From: Neoechinorhynchus agilis
Lineage: Eukaryota; Animalia; Acanthocephala
Assembly (NCBI GenBank): GCA_051530055.1
Contig: CM121341.1
Span: 14,114,784 to 14,178,783 of the forward strand
DNA length: 64,000 bases
Direction of reading: 5' to 3'
Of this stretch, positions 1 to 10,170 are shown in pieces. A model generated the notes under the pieces. It was given only the letters and a program-made list of their open reading frames with translations. It was not told the DNA's origin and did not search any database. Position numbers and translations under genes: made by a program. Each line of letters begins with the position of its first letter. The stretch's first letter is position 1.

Positions 1-94
1 CGAGGATATTTTTCGTTTCTCGATGTATAAATTGAACGAAGGGAGAATTCATACACAACGAGCGTGTATAGGAAATATGGTGTCCCGCATCGTT

Positions 95-440
95 TTGTTC
101 CATGGAGCTCAGGGAATGATGCCGGGTAGCGGGAGAGAGGGGATCATTTCGACGCATTTAGAGAAATTCGGATGGAGTTTGTGATTGCTGCAGAAATCTT
201 TATGAGTATAATTTCGTTAGATATTAAGAAGTGGAAGAGGTGAATGGGTGATGAGGGTGAAGTCGTCGGCGTATAAGAAAAGTTTAGAGTGAGAGGAGAG
301 AGGTACTAGGTCGTTTAGGAAAATATTAAAAAGAAGTGGTGACAGAACAGCACCTTGAGAGACACCTCTGGTGAGGGATAGGCTGATAGAAGAGGTGGAA
401 CGGCAGTGAATGTATTGTTTGCGAAAGCCCTCGACAAAAT
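95..440 (-). mobile_element. CR1/Jockey-like LINE, RT fragment
   Basis: ORF 217..456 reads GVSQGAVLSPLLFNIFLNDL...LFLYADD (RT motifs B and C). A shifted frame continues DFCSNHKLHPNFSKCVEMIP. It is the same family as the LINE at 50340-51462. Confidence 0.85.
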
Positions 441-1070
441 AAAAGTTGGCGAACATTTGAGTTTGAATAGCGTTTCCCTCCTTTTAGGTCAGTAATTTTT
501 GTTCTTTTTCGATTTATTCGATGTATCGGTTGATGCGATGATGATTGCTTCTATGCATGCATGGCACTGATCACTTTGTGATCGATAAAAATTCAATCTG
601 AGCTGAAATCGATTATATTTCGAATAACAATTACTGAATATTTTATATTCCATCTCTTCCTCTATTTAACTTTTTCTTTAAATAATTGGACATGGTATTA
701 ACCAAATAAAAGTTGTCGAAGATTTTAGTTTGAATAGCGTTTCCCTCTTTAGATCAATAATTTTTGTTCTTTTTCGATTTATTCGATGTATCGGTTGATG
801 CGATGATGATTGCTTTTATCCATGCATGTCACTGATCAATTTGTGATCGATAAAAATTTGATCTGAGCTGAAATCGATTATATTTCCTTAATAATTACCT
901 AGTATCCTATATTCCATTTCGTCCTCTGTTTAATTTTTTCTTTAAATAATTGCACATGCCATTAACCAATAAAAAGTTGGCGAACATTTGGGTTTGAATG
1001 GCGTTTCCCTCCTTTCAGATCCGTAATTTTTGTTCTTTTTTCGATTTATTCGATTTATCGATTGATGCGA
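441..1070. repeat. Tandem repeat, ~265-bp unit, ~2.4 copies
   Basis: The unit start aaaagttg(g/t)cgaa recurs at 441, 708 and 972, and the internal blocks are collinear (tttgaatagcgtttccctc, gatttattcgat, gatgcgatgatgattgc). Confidence 0.9.
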
Positions 1071-1751
1071 AGTTGCTAAGTTCAAAGAGAGCGGCCTGAA
1101 AATAATGCGCAGCAACTAACAAATAATTGAAAATATTAAGCCCATAAACGTCCAAACTCAGATCAGGATGTTGCCTTATGTTTTAGCATTGAACCAGCAC
1201 TAAACGCCTCAATGTTAGGAGGAATGTCTTTGACCGGGCAGATGTAACCACTGGCGATGGACGTCTTCACAAGCCTTTCCAGTTATCCAATAAATAGTCA
1301 GATTATCCATTGACGGCGTCGATTAGGTCTTTGTAGAAGAGATATAACAAAATAATTTGTATCGGACACGTGAAAACCGTTGGTGAGAGATTTAATGCGA
1401 GCTAAATCACTGATCTCAAGTTGCACTAGCAGTTAAAAGCAACAAAAAGTATTGGCCATGCACGCAATCCACATACCTGATTCTGTATTGTAAATCGTTT
1501 AATAGGCGGGTTAGTGTCAAGAAATAGATTATCAAACGTCTTCATTTTCCCACTTGAAGACAGTTCTAGAATCTAAGTTTTTTAGGTCTGCTTAACCTAG
1601 CAATTATGATCGAATCAGTATTTCCTTAATTTCGCTCATTACCCAGTCTAGCATGTGCTTCATACCAATCTCGGATTCTGTAAAGACGTTATTCATGGAT
1701 ATATTTTTTGTTTGGTGATGAGAAACAGAGATCAATTTATTGATTCACTTT

Positions 1752-1789
1752 CACAATATTTCGTACTTCTCGTCGGACTTCTTCAGGTC
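1752..1789 (-). ncRNA. Minimal type I hammerhead ribozyme variant (partly degenerate)
   Basis: gac CUGAAGA A GU-ccgacgagaagu-AC GAAA UAUU gug: core intact, stem II 2 bp, stem III palindrome AUAU, AATAAA about 15 nt downstream. Confidence 0.6.
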
Positions 1790-2089
1790 TAAAAGGTAGA
1801 TTAGGGTGGCTCTATTTTTTGCCAATATTAGCGTTTTTTGCAGTCGACGCTATTCAATATTTTGTCATTCCTTTTGATTGAGATTTCTATAAATCGCTAT
1901 AAGATCCGACATTCCTGAGGGAACTGTGATATTTTCGGTATTAGTAATAACAAACGCTACTACTAGACCAATATCTTCCAACGCAAAACATATTGCCTAT
2001 ATCTTTTACGACGATATTTCCAGCAACAAAAATGTTCAGAGAATCTAGCTAAGCAAGTGAACAAAAGTCTGTACAGGGAGAGGAGTCGA

Positions 2090-2115
2090 TTGCTGATGAG
2101 AGGCGAAATATCATC
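2090..2115 (+). ncRNA. Hammerhead-like motif with collapsed stem II
   Basis: CUGAUGA G AGG C GAAA UAUC, followed by AATAAA at 2119. Stem II is 1 bp with a 3-nt loop, stem III is AUAU, the triplet is AUC, and stem I pairs poorly. Confidence 0.45.
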
Positions 2116-2529
2116 ACCAATAAAGTAGAGCCATCACCAGGATTCAATGCGTATTCGAATTGTATTGACGATCAAAGTTATTGGCATAGTGTAACAGACG
2201 ACCGGAAATCTCAGACTCCGTATTTGGACATTGGAGAGGATTCTAGCCGGGGAACAGATTCTATTAGCGAAGATGATTATTACCAATCATCTTACACGAA
2301 CCCACAGGAATGCGACGGCTGGGGACGTCCTACTGACTTTTTTTAGCCAGTGGAATATTTGGACGTAAGGAAGTAGTACGATTGACAGTTCGATGAAATT
2401 GGAATTATGAAATAAATGTTGGTTTTAATAAGTACTACGATATGTCTCCCATATAATTGTTATTTCCCGTAAAACGATGTCCCTAACAATAGCATACTTC
2501 TGAATTGTGGTGATAATAATCGCAGTTAA

Positions 2530-3350
2530 AAGGTATTTTATTGTTAAGATACATTTTGCAAAGAAACCTCACCTCATCAGTCATCAAGAAGGTTTTATGA
2601 TTTGTTAGTTATTTGTTGTTTGCTGTTTTATGGCTCGGGTTCACGGGATCGCTGTTCCCGAAGTTCAGGGACCGTATCGTCGATGATGAATTCGCCATCG
2701 AATTATATTTTATAACACAGACAGTTACATAATATGGATTCTGTGCAGTATTGACCCAGCTGAACGTTTTGTTGGCCCAGTGGGTTGAAATGGCCAATAC
2801 GAATGGTAGCCTGGATAAGATGCCCAAGAAAATGCAGCTGAACTTTTGGCGTTGCTCTGACGGCCCACTTCTGGAGTAAAAGAGTAAGCCAGAGATAGCC
2901 AAGAGGACCATATTACTTTACACAAATGGCACTAGGGCCGAGTCGCGAAGCCCGCCTGGGCTTTGCTTTAGCGATTTTAAGAAACTTTTTAATTTTATAT
3001 ATGTCAGGAGTCACGGACGGATTACATGTCTGCGTGTATAATAAAATGTTCTATCTGTTGTAGACAGGGTTAAAATCCAAATTAAAAATTCCTTTACAAA
3101 CTCCCTAATGTGCCTTTCTGCGAGGCTTGATGGCAATGAAAACCACATCTTGGAGTATTTCGCTGGCACCGTTAGCATGCTCAGCGCCTCGAAGTGCAAT
3201 AACAATTATCTGCTTCAGTAGTCTTGATCTAGTGCACTGCAGCTTTTTTCCGCGGATAAAAATTTCGTCGAGAACCTACTGCCACCAACCAGAGGAATAC
3301 GGTTAGAATGATCCCAATTTCATTCTGTCTTGCGCTATTTGAAGACATGT
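2530..3350 (-). mobile_element. Degenerate PLE 3' half with mutated hammerhead (2545-2583)
   Basis: Frame-broken translation: ASEILQDVVFIAIKP, DIYKIK, KSSAAF..HLIQ..IGHF..LG....ESILC (GIY-YIG tail-like). Then CUGAUGA G GUGAGG-uuu-CUUUGC AAAA UGUAUC (G12 mutated) and AATAAA. Confidence 0.45.
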
Positions 3351-3365
3351 CCTCAGGGTTTGTGA

Positions 3366-3420
3366 CTGCTAAAAACAGCTATGGCCGGTACCCTGCTGTT
3401 TACGCTGGTCTTGGCGACGA
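3366..3420 (+). repeat. 55-nt dispersed motif (second copy 15005-15058) able to fold as an H-type pseudoknot
   Basis: A 38-nt core ggccggtaccctgctgtttacgctggtcttggcgacga is identical at 3383-3420 and 15021-15058. The 5' flank is ctgctaaaa(a)Yagc in both copies. Confidence 0.85.
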
Positions 3421-3429
3421 CAGGATTGC

Positions 3430-3836
3430 AGTGCCAACATGTTAAGGACAGCGCTGGTAGGCTCATCGTCATTAACGGAGAAACGACTGGCGATAGAGAT
3501 ATTGACCGCAATTTTGGCAGATAATGGATACAAACGTAACGAGATCATGCGGTTCCAGCAGCAGTGTGATTCAAGAGAGGAGAATCGAAAAGATGATCTT
3601 TGACAGAATCTATATGGAGGAAAACCGATTCTCAAGGTTCTATATATTCGTGAAAATTCACAAACGACGCTAAAAAAATGCTGCGACGATCGAGAAATGA
3701 TGTCCCGATTGTCCGCGCAACGAGCGTTTTCGCGGACAATGCGCGGGCTAGTACTGGACATCAGCTATGCAAAGGTCCAATTTCATACAACTCCACGTAC
3801 CTTTGTGGATCTCTGAAGAAGCCGTAAGACGTCGAA
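3430..3836 (+). mobile_element. PLE RT thumb/linker remnant ending in a truncated hammerhead (3813-3836)
   Basis: IEILTAILADNGYKRNEIMRF...KPILKVLYIRENS...FSRTMRGLVLDISY, then CUGAAGA A GCCGU-aag-ACGUC GAA, cut where duplicated block X begins. Confidence 0.55.
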
Positions 3837-5666
3837 TGCTCAAAAATATAGATTTTTCTTCATATCCACAACAGCCCGTCCAAGTGCCAATAAAAAAACC
3901 TGATCGATCATGCGGCTGGAAAATCAAGTTACATTGCGCAAGATTTTTCGAATTGATGCGGTAATACTTCATTTTTTAAATGTCTACCGGGAATTGAACT
4001 TTATAACTTAATAAAGTGAAATATGTGAAATAGAAATATACTTTTATACATTCCTGGGTACCCAAAAGCTTTGTTCAAACAATAGACGTTTCTAAATAAA
4101 TCAGAACAGTGCAATTTGAGTCCGTTAATTAAAGCGAAATTCGAGCAGCAAACCGTGTTCCATGTTGGTCATTTTAAAATTGCTATGATGACACAAATCG
4201 ACAAATGAATAATGGAATTGGAATAAATAATACTTACTTCCCAGCAAATCTGAATACTCCAATGGTACACACATACTATGGAAATTATATTACAAATTTC
4301 GGCCTACAACAAATGGGTATCGGAGCAAGTGGTCCAATGGGATTAGAGGGTCCTATGACTATGCCGGCGGATCCAAATTCTGCTAACCAATCCACGGTTA
4401 CGTTAATGAATCCAGTTGGAAATACTTTTCAAGGTCATGTTAACAGTTCGAACGAAGACGGATTTGTAAATATTAATAACGAAACAATTGGACAAACAAA
4501 CTCACATCAAATGACACTCGGAGAAAGTGTTCCAACGAGATATCAGGGCACTGGGACAGTCAGTACGAATCCATTTTCTAGAAACCAATGCACAATTCGG
4601 AGGATGAATACGGCGCCAAACACTAGTACTAACCCAGATGAAGTTGGAGCATTCATTGATCAGAAGCGAAGAAACAGAAAATGGAAACATCCGAGGGTGC
4701 CATTAGCGAACTAAAAGAATCAGGGACCGGGTATTCGACCAAGGAATTCGGGAGAAAATCATGTATCACAAGAAACAGCTCGATAATTGTTCATAGTGGG
4801 CAAATGCTCGAAAATATATATGAACAGGGCTCAATTAGTTTCTACGATCAAACTGCTGCTAGCGCACAATCGCGTAATAGAAATTCAAAGGAACCACTTC
4901 TGAAGGAGGAAGTCTCGCATTCCCATAAAAGGGCGTTAGATGCTGGAATTCAAGAAGATTTGTTGCCACCCCCAGCAAAGCAAAGTTGCAGGACAATAAA
5001 AAGTAACTTTATGGAAGGTGAAGGTACGTTGGTCAACGCTCAAGCTGAGATTTATGAGTGGTTGAATGAGCCGACCGAATATGACGAGTATATCCCACAA
5101 ATTCAGTTGATTGCGATTTCGGAGGGCGATGGTGCAGCAGAAGCACAAGAAAGAAATTCGTTTGAGGCCGATAATCGTGATGGATTCCGGGATTCCTTAA
5201 ATAACGCCTGGTTGACACAGCAGAGCGAAAATTCGTCATTTATTGACCAGCAGCATGAAAATCCCAGTATATTTGTAAACAAAACGGATATCCTGAGGCT
5301 CTTGGGTGGAATAATTAAAAGCAGGAATCAAAATAATCGTACGCAATAGATTGACAATGAAGCCTGCTTGTTCCTACGATTGTGCACACCTAATTAACTT
5401 TCACGTTGATTGTTGGCAAACATAAATCCATCAATGCATTCGAACTGTTAACGCTGTGTTATCAAAATTGATCACGTTCTTCTTTTCACTCACGCATTTT
5501 TTCGCTCGAGAAGTCGCGGTTCCCTCGACAAGCAATTTATCCTATTTGATGCAATCCACACATCGTTTCCTCGTCCTTCCTCGTCGGCGATTTGCCGTTA
5601 TTTCCAGTTCCTCCGTGCTGCACAATATGTGATCTGCTTCGCGCTTCGAAACTTTATCGTGCCGGC
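3837..5666 (+). repeat. Left arm of inverted segmental duplication
   Basis: 3837-4184 is the reverse complement of 10761-11108. 4184-5666 is the reverse complement of 7884-9370. 6056-6197 is the reverse complement of about 10616-10755. Identity is high, with scattered substitutions and indels. Confidence 0.95.
4186..5349 (+). pseudogene. 5'-truncated copy of the FoxO-like gene (forkhead domain absent)
   Basis: ORFs 4205..4714 and 4681..5349 match ORF 8357..9388. A 10-nt deletion (gatca[aataattgca]gaag) near 4665 shifts the frame. The start is fused directly to non-coding block X. Confidence 0.85.
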
Positions 5667-5722
5667 GCTTCGAACCTCGTCGGGTTTATCAGTTTGTTAG
5701 TTAGTAATAGACGGTTCCTAAC

Positions 5723-5760
5723 GAACTGATGATGAGTCCGACGAGGTTCGAAACGTCCTT
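5723..5760 (+). ncRNA. Minimal hammerhead (family 1) in a short PLE-type pLTR (5723-5810), preceded by a broken antisense copy (5669-5700)
   Basis: gaa CUGAUGA U GAGUC-cgacga-GGUUC GAAA CGUC cuu AATAAA. Stem II has 5 pairs including two G-U, stem III is ACGU, the triplet is GUC. Confidence 0.8.
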
Positions 5761-6199
5761 AATAAATAATCATTTACTGGGTGTTGACCTAAACAACAAT
5801 TCCAATTGTCTTTAATGCTACAGAAAACGCTGTCACAATTTCATTAGCAACTAACGGATTTGGTAGATTCATTTTCCGCATTTCATCAGTACAAGCGAAT
5901 ATGAGCGGAACATTCATTTTCTCTGAAAACGATAAAAATGTACTCGAGCACGATGCAATGAGTGTAAATCTTGGATTTCATCGGCCAATTAATCCTTTAG
6001 GATGATATGATAGGCGCCCATAATTGAGTCAAGATATTTGCTTACTCTATGCGCTTTTTATTTAAAGCGGTTAAGCTGGTCGCCAACAAAAATTTGAAAA
6101 AATTATTAGCAGATTGTTCGGTTTTCTTGAAGACTACTGATTGTAACCAAAACCCATATAAAGTAGCATTTTAATTCTCTTCTGAATTCATCGCAACAC

Positions 6200-6305
6200 A
6201 GATCGCATTTGTTGGAAGCATTCAAACGTTTTCAGGATGTAGGCTTAAAGGTGGCACCGGCAAAGTGTAGTTCGATGCACGACGAAGTGACATTTCTTGA
6301 ATCTA
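6200..6305 (+). mobile_element. Ty3/gypsy RT C-terminal fragment
   Basis: HLLEAFKRFQDVGLKVAPAKCSSMHDEVTFLE matches the gypsy RT pattern HL..vf.rl...gLkl...KC.f....v.FLG. Confidence 0.7.
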
Positions 6306-6560
6306 CACAATTGAACAGAATAATGAGATTTGTGACTGCTGTTTGCCGAAGAGCAGTTTGGTTCAAAGATCGGGGAAGAGGCGACGGGTGAACGACAAAG
6401 ATCGAGAAACGAAGAGTAACAGTGTTATACATACGCTGAATGAGTATTTATTAAAGACGTTTCGAACCTCGCCGGGTTCATCATCAGTTCAAAAAAAACG
6501 GCTTCGTGAGACTTTAGCTCTGGACATCTCTTACACAGCAAACTCTGGGCGGCAAAGATA
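6305..6560 (+). mobile_element. PLE linker remnant homologous to 3530-3770, interrupted by an antisense hammerhead piece
   Basis: Shared peptides are IMRF, VLYIR and L(A/V)LDISY. A hammerhead fragment is inserted at about 6440-6495. Confidence 0.5.
6453..6490 (-). ncRNA. Minimal hammerhead (family 1)
   Basis: gaa CUGAUGA U GAACC-cggcga-GGUUC GAAA CGUC uuu AATAAA. Stem II is a perfect 5 bp. Confidence 0.85.
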
Positions 6561-6725
6561 TTTGCTACGTCCTTCGGAACATTCTTCCTGAAAACGCATG
6601 AACCCAGGAGACTTAGGCCGCAAACATTGATTCGTTTGATGCCCGGAGCGACACTTGAATTGTATCGATGTGTGGCCTATTATGACACGGCTCCGCCTCC
6701 TGGAGGTATCTGAGGATCTGGAGGA

Positions 6726-7326
6726 ATGTACAAAGTCGTACCTCATGGTTCAGTGCATTGGGTAATTGACAGGGTGCCGTCGTCCAGGTACCACGTGTTG
6801 AAGTTCGATTTTGGTGACCTCATCAATGGATTGATAGCAATGGAGAAGCCTATCGGGCCGAGGGGGTCACCCTGTTGCACTTCCCGTTGGGACCAGATGA
6901 TGTTCCGATTACAAATCAGTGATGAAGGGGCGCCGTAGGCTGTGAGGAAATATTGTAGAGCCTGCGGGATGTTCATTTTAACCCTTCAAGTAGGGCATTC
7001 CGTTCCAGAGAATTGAAAGCATTTTTGAAGTCCACCTTCAAGATTACGCTTCGATCCGTCGACGTTCCAACGAAGTTCCTTAAGGCGTGAACGATTGCTT
7101 CGGATCCACAAGGAGAGCAACAGCCGAGTTGCGCTGGGCGGGGCAGGTAGTCAACAGTCGAAGAAACCCTTTTCGAAACGATTTTGGCCACTAAACGCCT
7201 GAATGTATTGCCAACAGCGATGGGACGGGTGACACCCTCTCTTTTCGTTAGGGCGTAAAGGGAGGCAGAGAATAGAAGTGGAGTAGGAAACGATCCTAGA
7301 TTGTGGTTAAGCAAGCGATCGAACAA
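6726..7326 (-). mobile_element. CRE-clade non-LTR retrotransposon RT fragment
   Basis: LYALTKREGVTRPIAVGNTFRRLVAK, QLGCCSPCGSEAIVHA, KVDFKNAFNSLER, VQQGDPLGP and WYLDDGTL, across one frameshift. Confidence 0.9.
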
Positions 7327-7469
7327 CTTTCACAATGCTAGTTGGAATGAGATGCCACTCCCAGGTGAAGTGAAGCGGGCTATATCTATTTTCAAGTTTG
7401 TTTTCCCTTCATATTCAATTAAGACAAAAAATAAGCGATGACAATGTTTTAACATATATAGGTCCATAA

Positions 7470-8090
7470 AGGTGAATGCAGCAAAAAAACTCATTTAAGC
7501 AGTGGAAACCAACGGTCTTGAGGTAAACAGGTTGAAGACGATATGCATGGAACCGAAAGCGTTAAAGTTATGTGTGGATTTGACGATGAGAAGAACAGTG
7601 AAATATGTAGACAGCGAAGTAAATACTACAAATTACCTCGAACCCGAAATAACTGCACTTATACAAAGCGGGTAGCTCAACTGGAGGAAGATGTCTAGTG
7701 TATTATGCGACAAAAGGATCTCACCGAAACTAAAAGGGGGTTGTTCAAGACCGCGGTGCGACCATGGCGCCAAAACTTGGACGACCGAGCAAAACGACCT
7801 CAGAAGATTAGAAACGAACGAAATGAGGAGGGAGCTGCTCGACATTTGCCGCTGTTCAGAACTTATCGTCCAAAGAAGGTTGTGCCGGCACGATAAAGTT
7901 TCGAAGTGCGAAGCAGATCACATACTGCGCAGCACGGAGAGACAGGAAATAACGGGAAATCGCCGACGAGGAAGGACGAGGAAACGATGTGTGGATTGCA
8001 TCAAATAGGATAAATTGCTTGTCGAGGGAACCGCGACTTCTCGAGCGAAAAAATGCGTGAGTGAAAAGAAGAACGTGATCAATTTTGATA
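7470..8090 (+). mobile_element. RTE-clade LINE 3' fragment
   Basis: ETNGLEVNRLKT, NWRKMSSVLCDKRISPKLKG, LFKTAVRP, HGAKTWT, and GNRRRGRTRKRCVDCIK. Its distal part is duplicated at 5480-5666 (minus). Confidence 0.85.
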
Positions 8091-8199
8091 ACACAGCGTT
8101 AACAGTTCGAATGCACTGATGAATTTATGTTTGCCAACAATCAACGTGAAAGTTAATTAGGTGTACACAATCGTAGGAACCAGCAGGCTTCATTGTCAA

Positions 8200-10170
8200 T
8201 GTATTGCGTACGATTATTTTGATTCCTCTTTTAATTATTCCATCCAAGTCTCAGGATATCCGTTTTCTTTACATATATACTCGAATTTTCATGCTGCTGC
8301 TCAATCAATGAAGGATTTTCGCTCTGCTGTGTCAACCAGCCGTTATTTAAGGAATCCTAGAATCCATCACGATTATCGGCCTCAAACGAATTTCTATGAC
8401 AATTGGCCGACTGTCGGACACTATCTTGTGCTTCTGCTGCACCATCGCCCTCCGAAATCGCAATCAACTGAATTTGTGGGATATACTCGTCATATTCGGT
8501 CGGCTCATTCAACCACTCATAAATCTCAGCCTGAGCGTTAACCGACGTACCTTCAACTTCCATAAGGTTACTTTTTATTGTCCTGCAACTTTGCTTTGCT
8601 GGGGGCAGCAACAGATCTTCTTGAATTCCAGCATCTAACGCCCTTTTATGGGAATGCGAGACTTCCTCCTTCAGAAGTGGTTCCTTTGAATTTATATTAC
8701 GCGATTGTGCGCTAGCAGCAGTTTGATCGTAGAAACTAATGTAGCCCTGTTCATATATATTTTCGAGCATTTGCCCACTATGAACAATTCTCGAGCCGTT
8801 TCTTGTGATACATGATTTTCTCCCGAACTCCTTGGTGGAATACCCGGTCCCTGGTTCTTTTAGTTCGCTAATGGCACCCTCGGATGGTTCCATTTTCTGT
8901 TTCTTCGCTTCTGCAATTATTTGATCAATGAAAACTCCAACTTCATCTGGGTTAGTACTAGTGTTTGGCGCCGTATTCATCCTCCGAATTGTGCTATGGT
9001 TTTTAGAAAATGGATTCGTACTGACTGTCCCAGTGCCCTGATATCTCGTTGGAACACTTTCTCCGAGTGTCATTTGATGTGAATTTACAAATCCGTCTTG
9101 GTTCGAACTGTTAACATGACCTTGAAAAGTATTTCCAACTGGATTCATTACCGTAACCGTGGATTGGTTAGCAGAATTTGGATCCGCCGGCATAGTCATA
9201 GGACCCTCTAATCCCATTGGACCAATTGCTCCGAGACCCATTTGTTGTAGGCCGAAATTTGTAATATAATTTCCATAGTATGTGTGTACCATTGGAGTAT
9301 TCAGATTTGCTGGAAAGTAAGTATTATTTATTCCAATTCCATTATTCATTTGTCGATTTGCGCCATCATAACCCCATTGTGTGTTCATGGTATTTTGAGT
9401 TATAATATTGTTTTGGTGCTAGAATTCAAATTGTTGTCCAAGACCATTTTGTTGAAAATTTCCGTTATATATTTGTGCTGGTTGATACCACGGATTACAG
9501 TTCATGGCAAATGTATTGTATGGTATATTGGTATAAGTTTGAGATCTGAATTGTGGCAGCTGATTGAATTCATTGGGCGGATACAAATTGGGAGCAAATT
9601 GCTCCTGGGTAGCATGGCCTTCGGTCGTAAACGGGTTAGGAAAGTCTCCGGTGCTTGTCCGTGTAGCTCGCCGTCCTCTTCCCGGTCTCCGTCCGTCACG
9701 CGCTGCATTCATATTTTCCTGTCCAACCCGAGGTCGCTCTGCTGGACGTTCCTTTATGTTTTTTTGATCGTACGTCCAATAGGATGCTCTGCAACCTGTG
9801 GCGCTAACCACCCTTACAAATTGATCATGGTGTGATAAATTGTGTATTATCGAGTTCTAAAATTGAGATATTATTGAAGTTTTAAAAAATGAATCACGGC
9901 GATGCTCACCTTCATTTGATCGATATCTCTTTTCAGGGTCATTGATGCGAAATATTCAACATTGTTAATCATCCAATTGTAGATTTCTTGTAGTGTTAGT
10001 CGCTGCTCTGCTGAGGTTGTAATCGCCTCCTGAATAAGTTCAGCATAAGTGGCGAATCGCCGATGATTTTGTCATCTCCCAGGTTTCCTCACAATCTCAG
10101 TAGCCGCCTGTTCATGTGGATTTATTTTCGCATAGGCATTCTAATTGTTTAATCGATTAAGATTGTTCAT
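8200..10170 (-). pseudogene. Divergent FoxO-derived forkhead transcription factor gene, disrupted
   Basis: Translation reads TYAELIQEAITTSAEQRLTLQEIYNWMINNVEYF...QMK | NSIIHNLSHHDQFVR...ASYW, with a 53-nt GT-AG intron (9857-9909) at the K|NSIRHNLS site typical of FoxO. In-frame stops lie at 10141-10143, 10072-10074, 9419-9421 and 8357-8359, plus a +1 G frameshift near 9812. Confidence 0.85.

Larger units (their letters stand above)
1750..2390 (-). mobile_element. Degenerate Penelope-like element 3' half (linker + GIY-YIG + pLTR)
   Basis: Minus-strand translation across frameshifts gives VLLPYVQ (linker), VVCYTMP, YFIG, LARFSEH, and IEISIKRNDKILN...YW (PLE C-terminus), followed by a hammerhead motif and AATAAA. 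Confidence 0.55.

Noticed and set aside
2060-2380. Plus-strand Tyr-rich open stretch like a receptor tail
   Set aside because: It has no start or splice support and is antisense to a PLE remnant.
2609-2911. Hydrophobic ORF resembling a DEG/ENaC first TM (YVTVC)
   Set aside because: It lacks the FPAVTxCN and HG motifs. Other frames plus the downstream hammerhead and AATAAA fit a PLE 3' end better.
3381-3524. Signal-peptide-like MAGTLLFTLVLATTG
   Set aside because: It arises from the dispersed 55-nt motif, also present at 15005, and stops after about 47 codons.
5865-5895. CUGAUGA...GAAA on the minus strand (also CUGAAGA at 45951 and CUGACGA at 17926)
   Set aside because: No pairable stem II and/or no GAAA plus palindromic stem III; these are chance cores.
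7670-7690. A-box-like gtagctcaactgg
   Set aside because: It is RTE coding sequence (NWRKM) with no B box.
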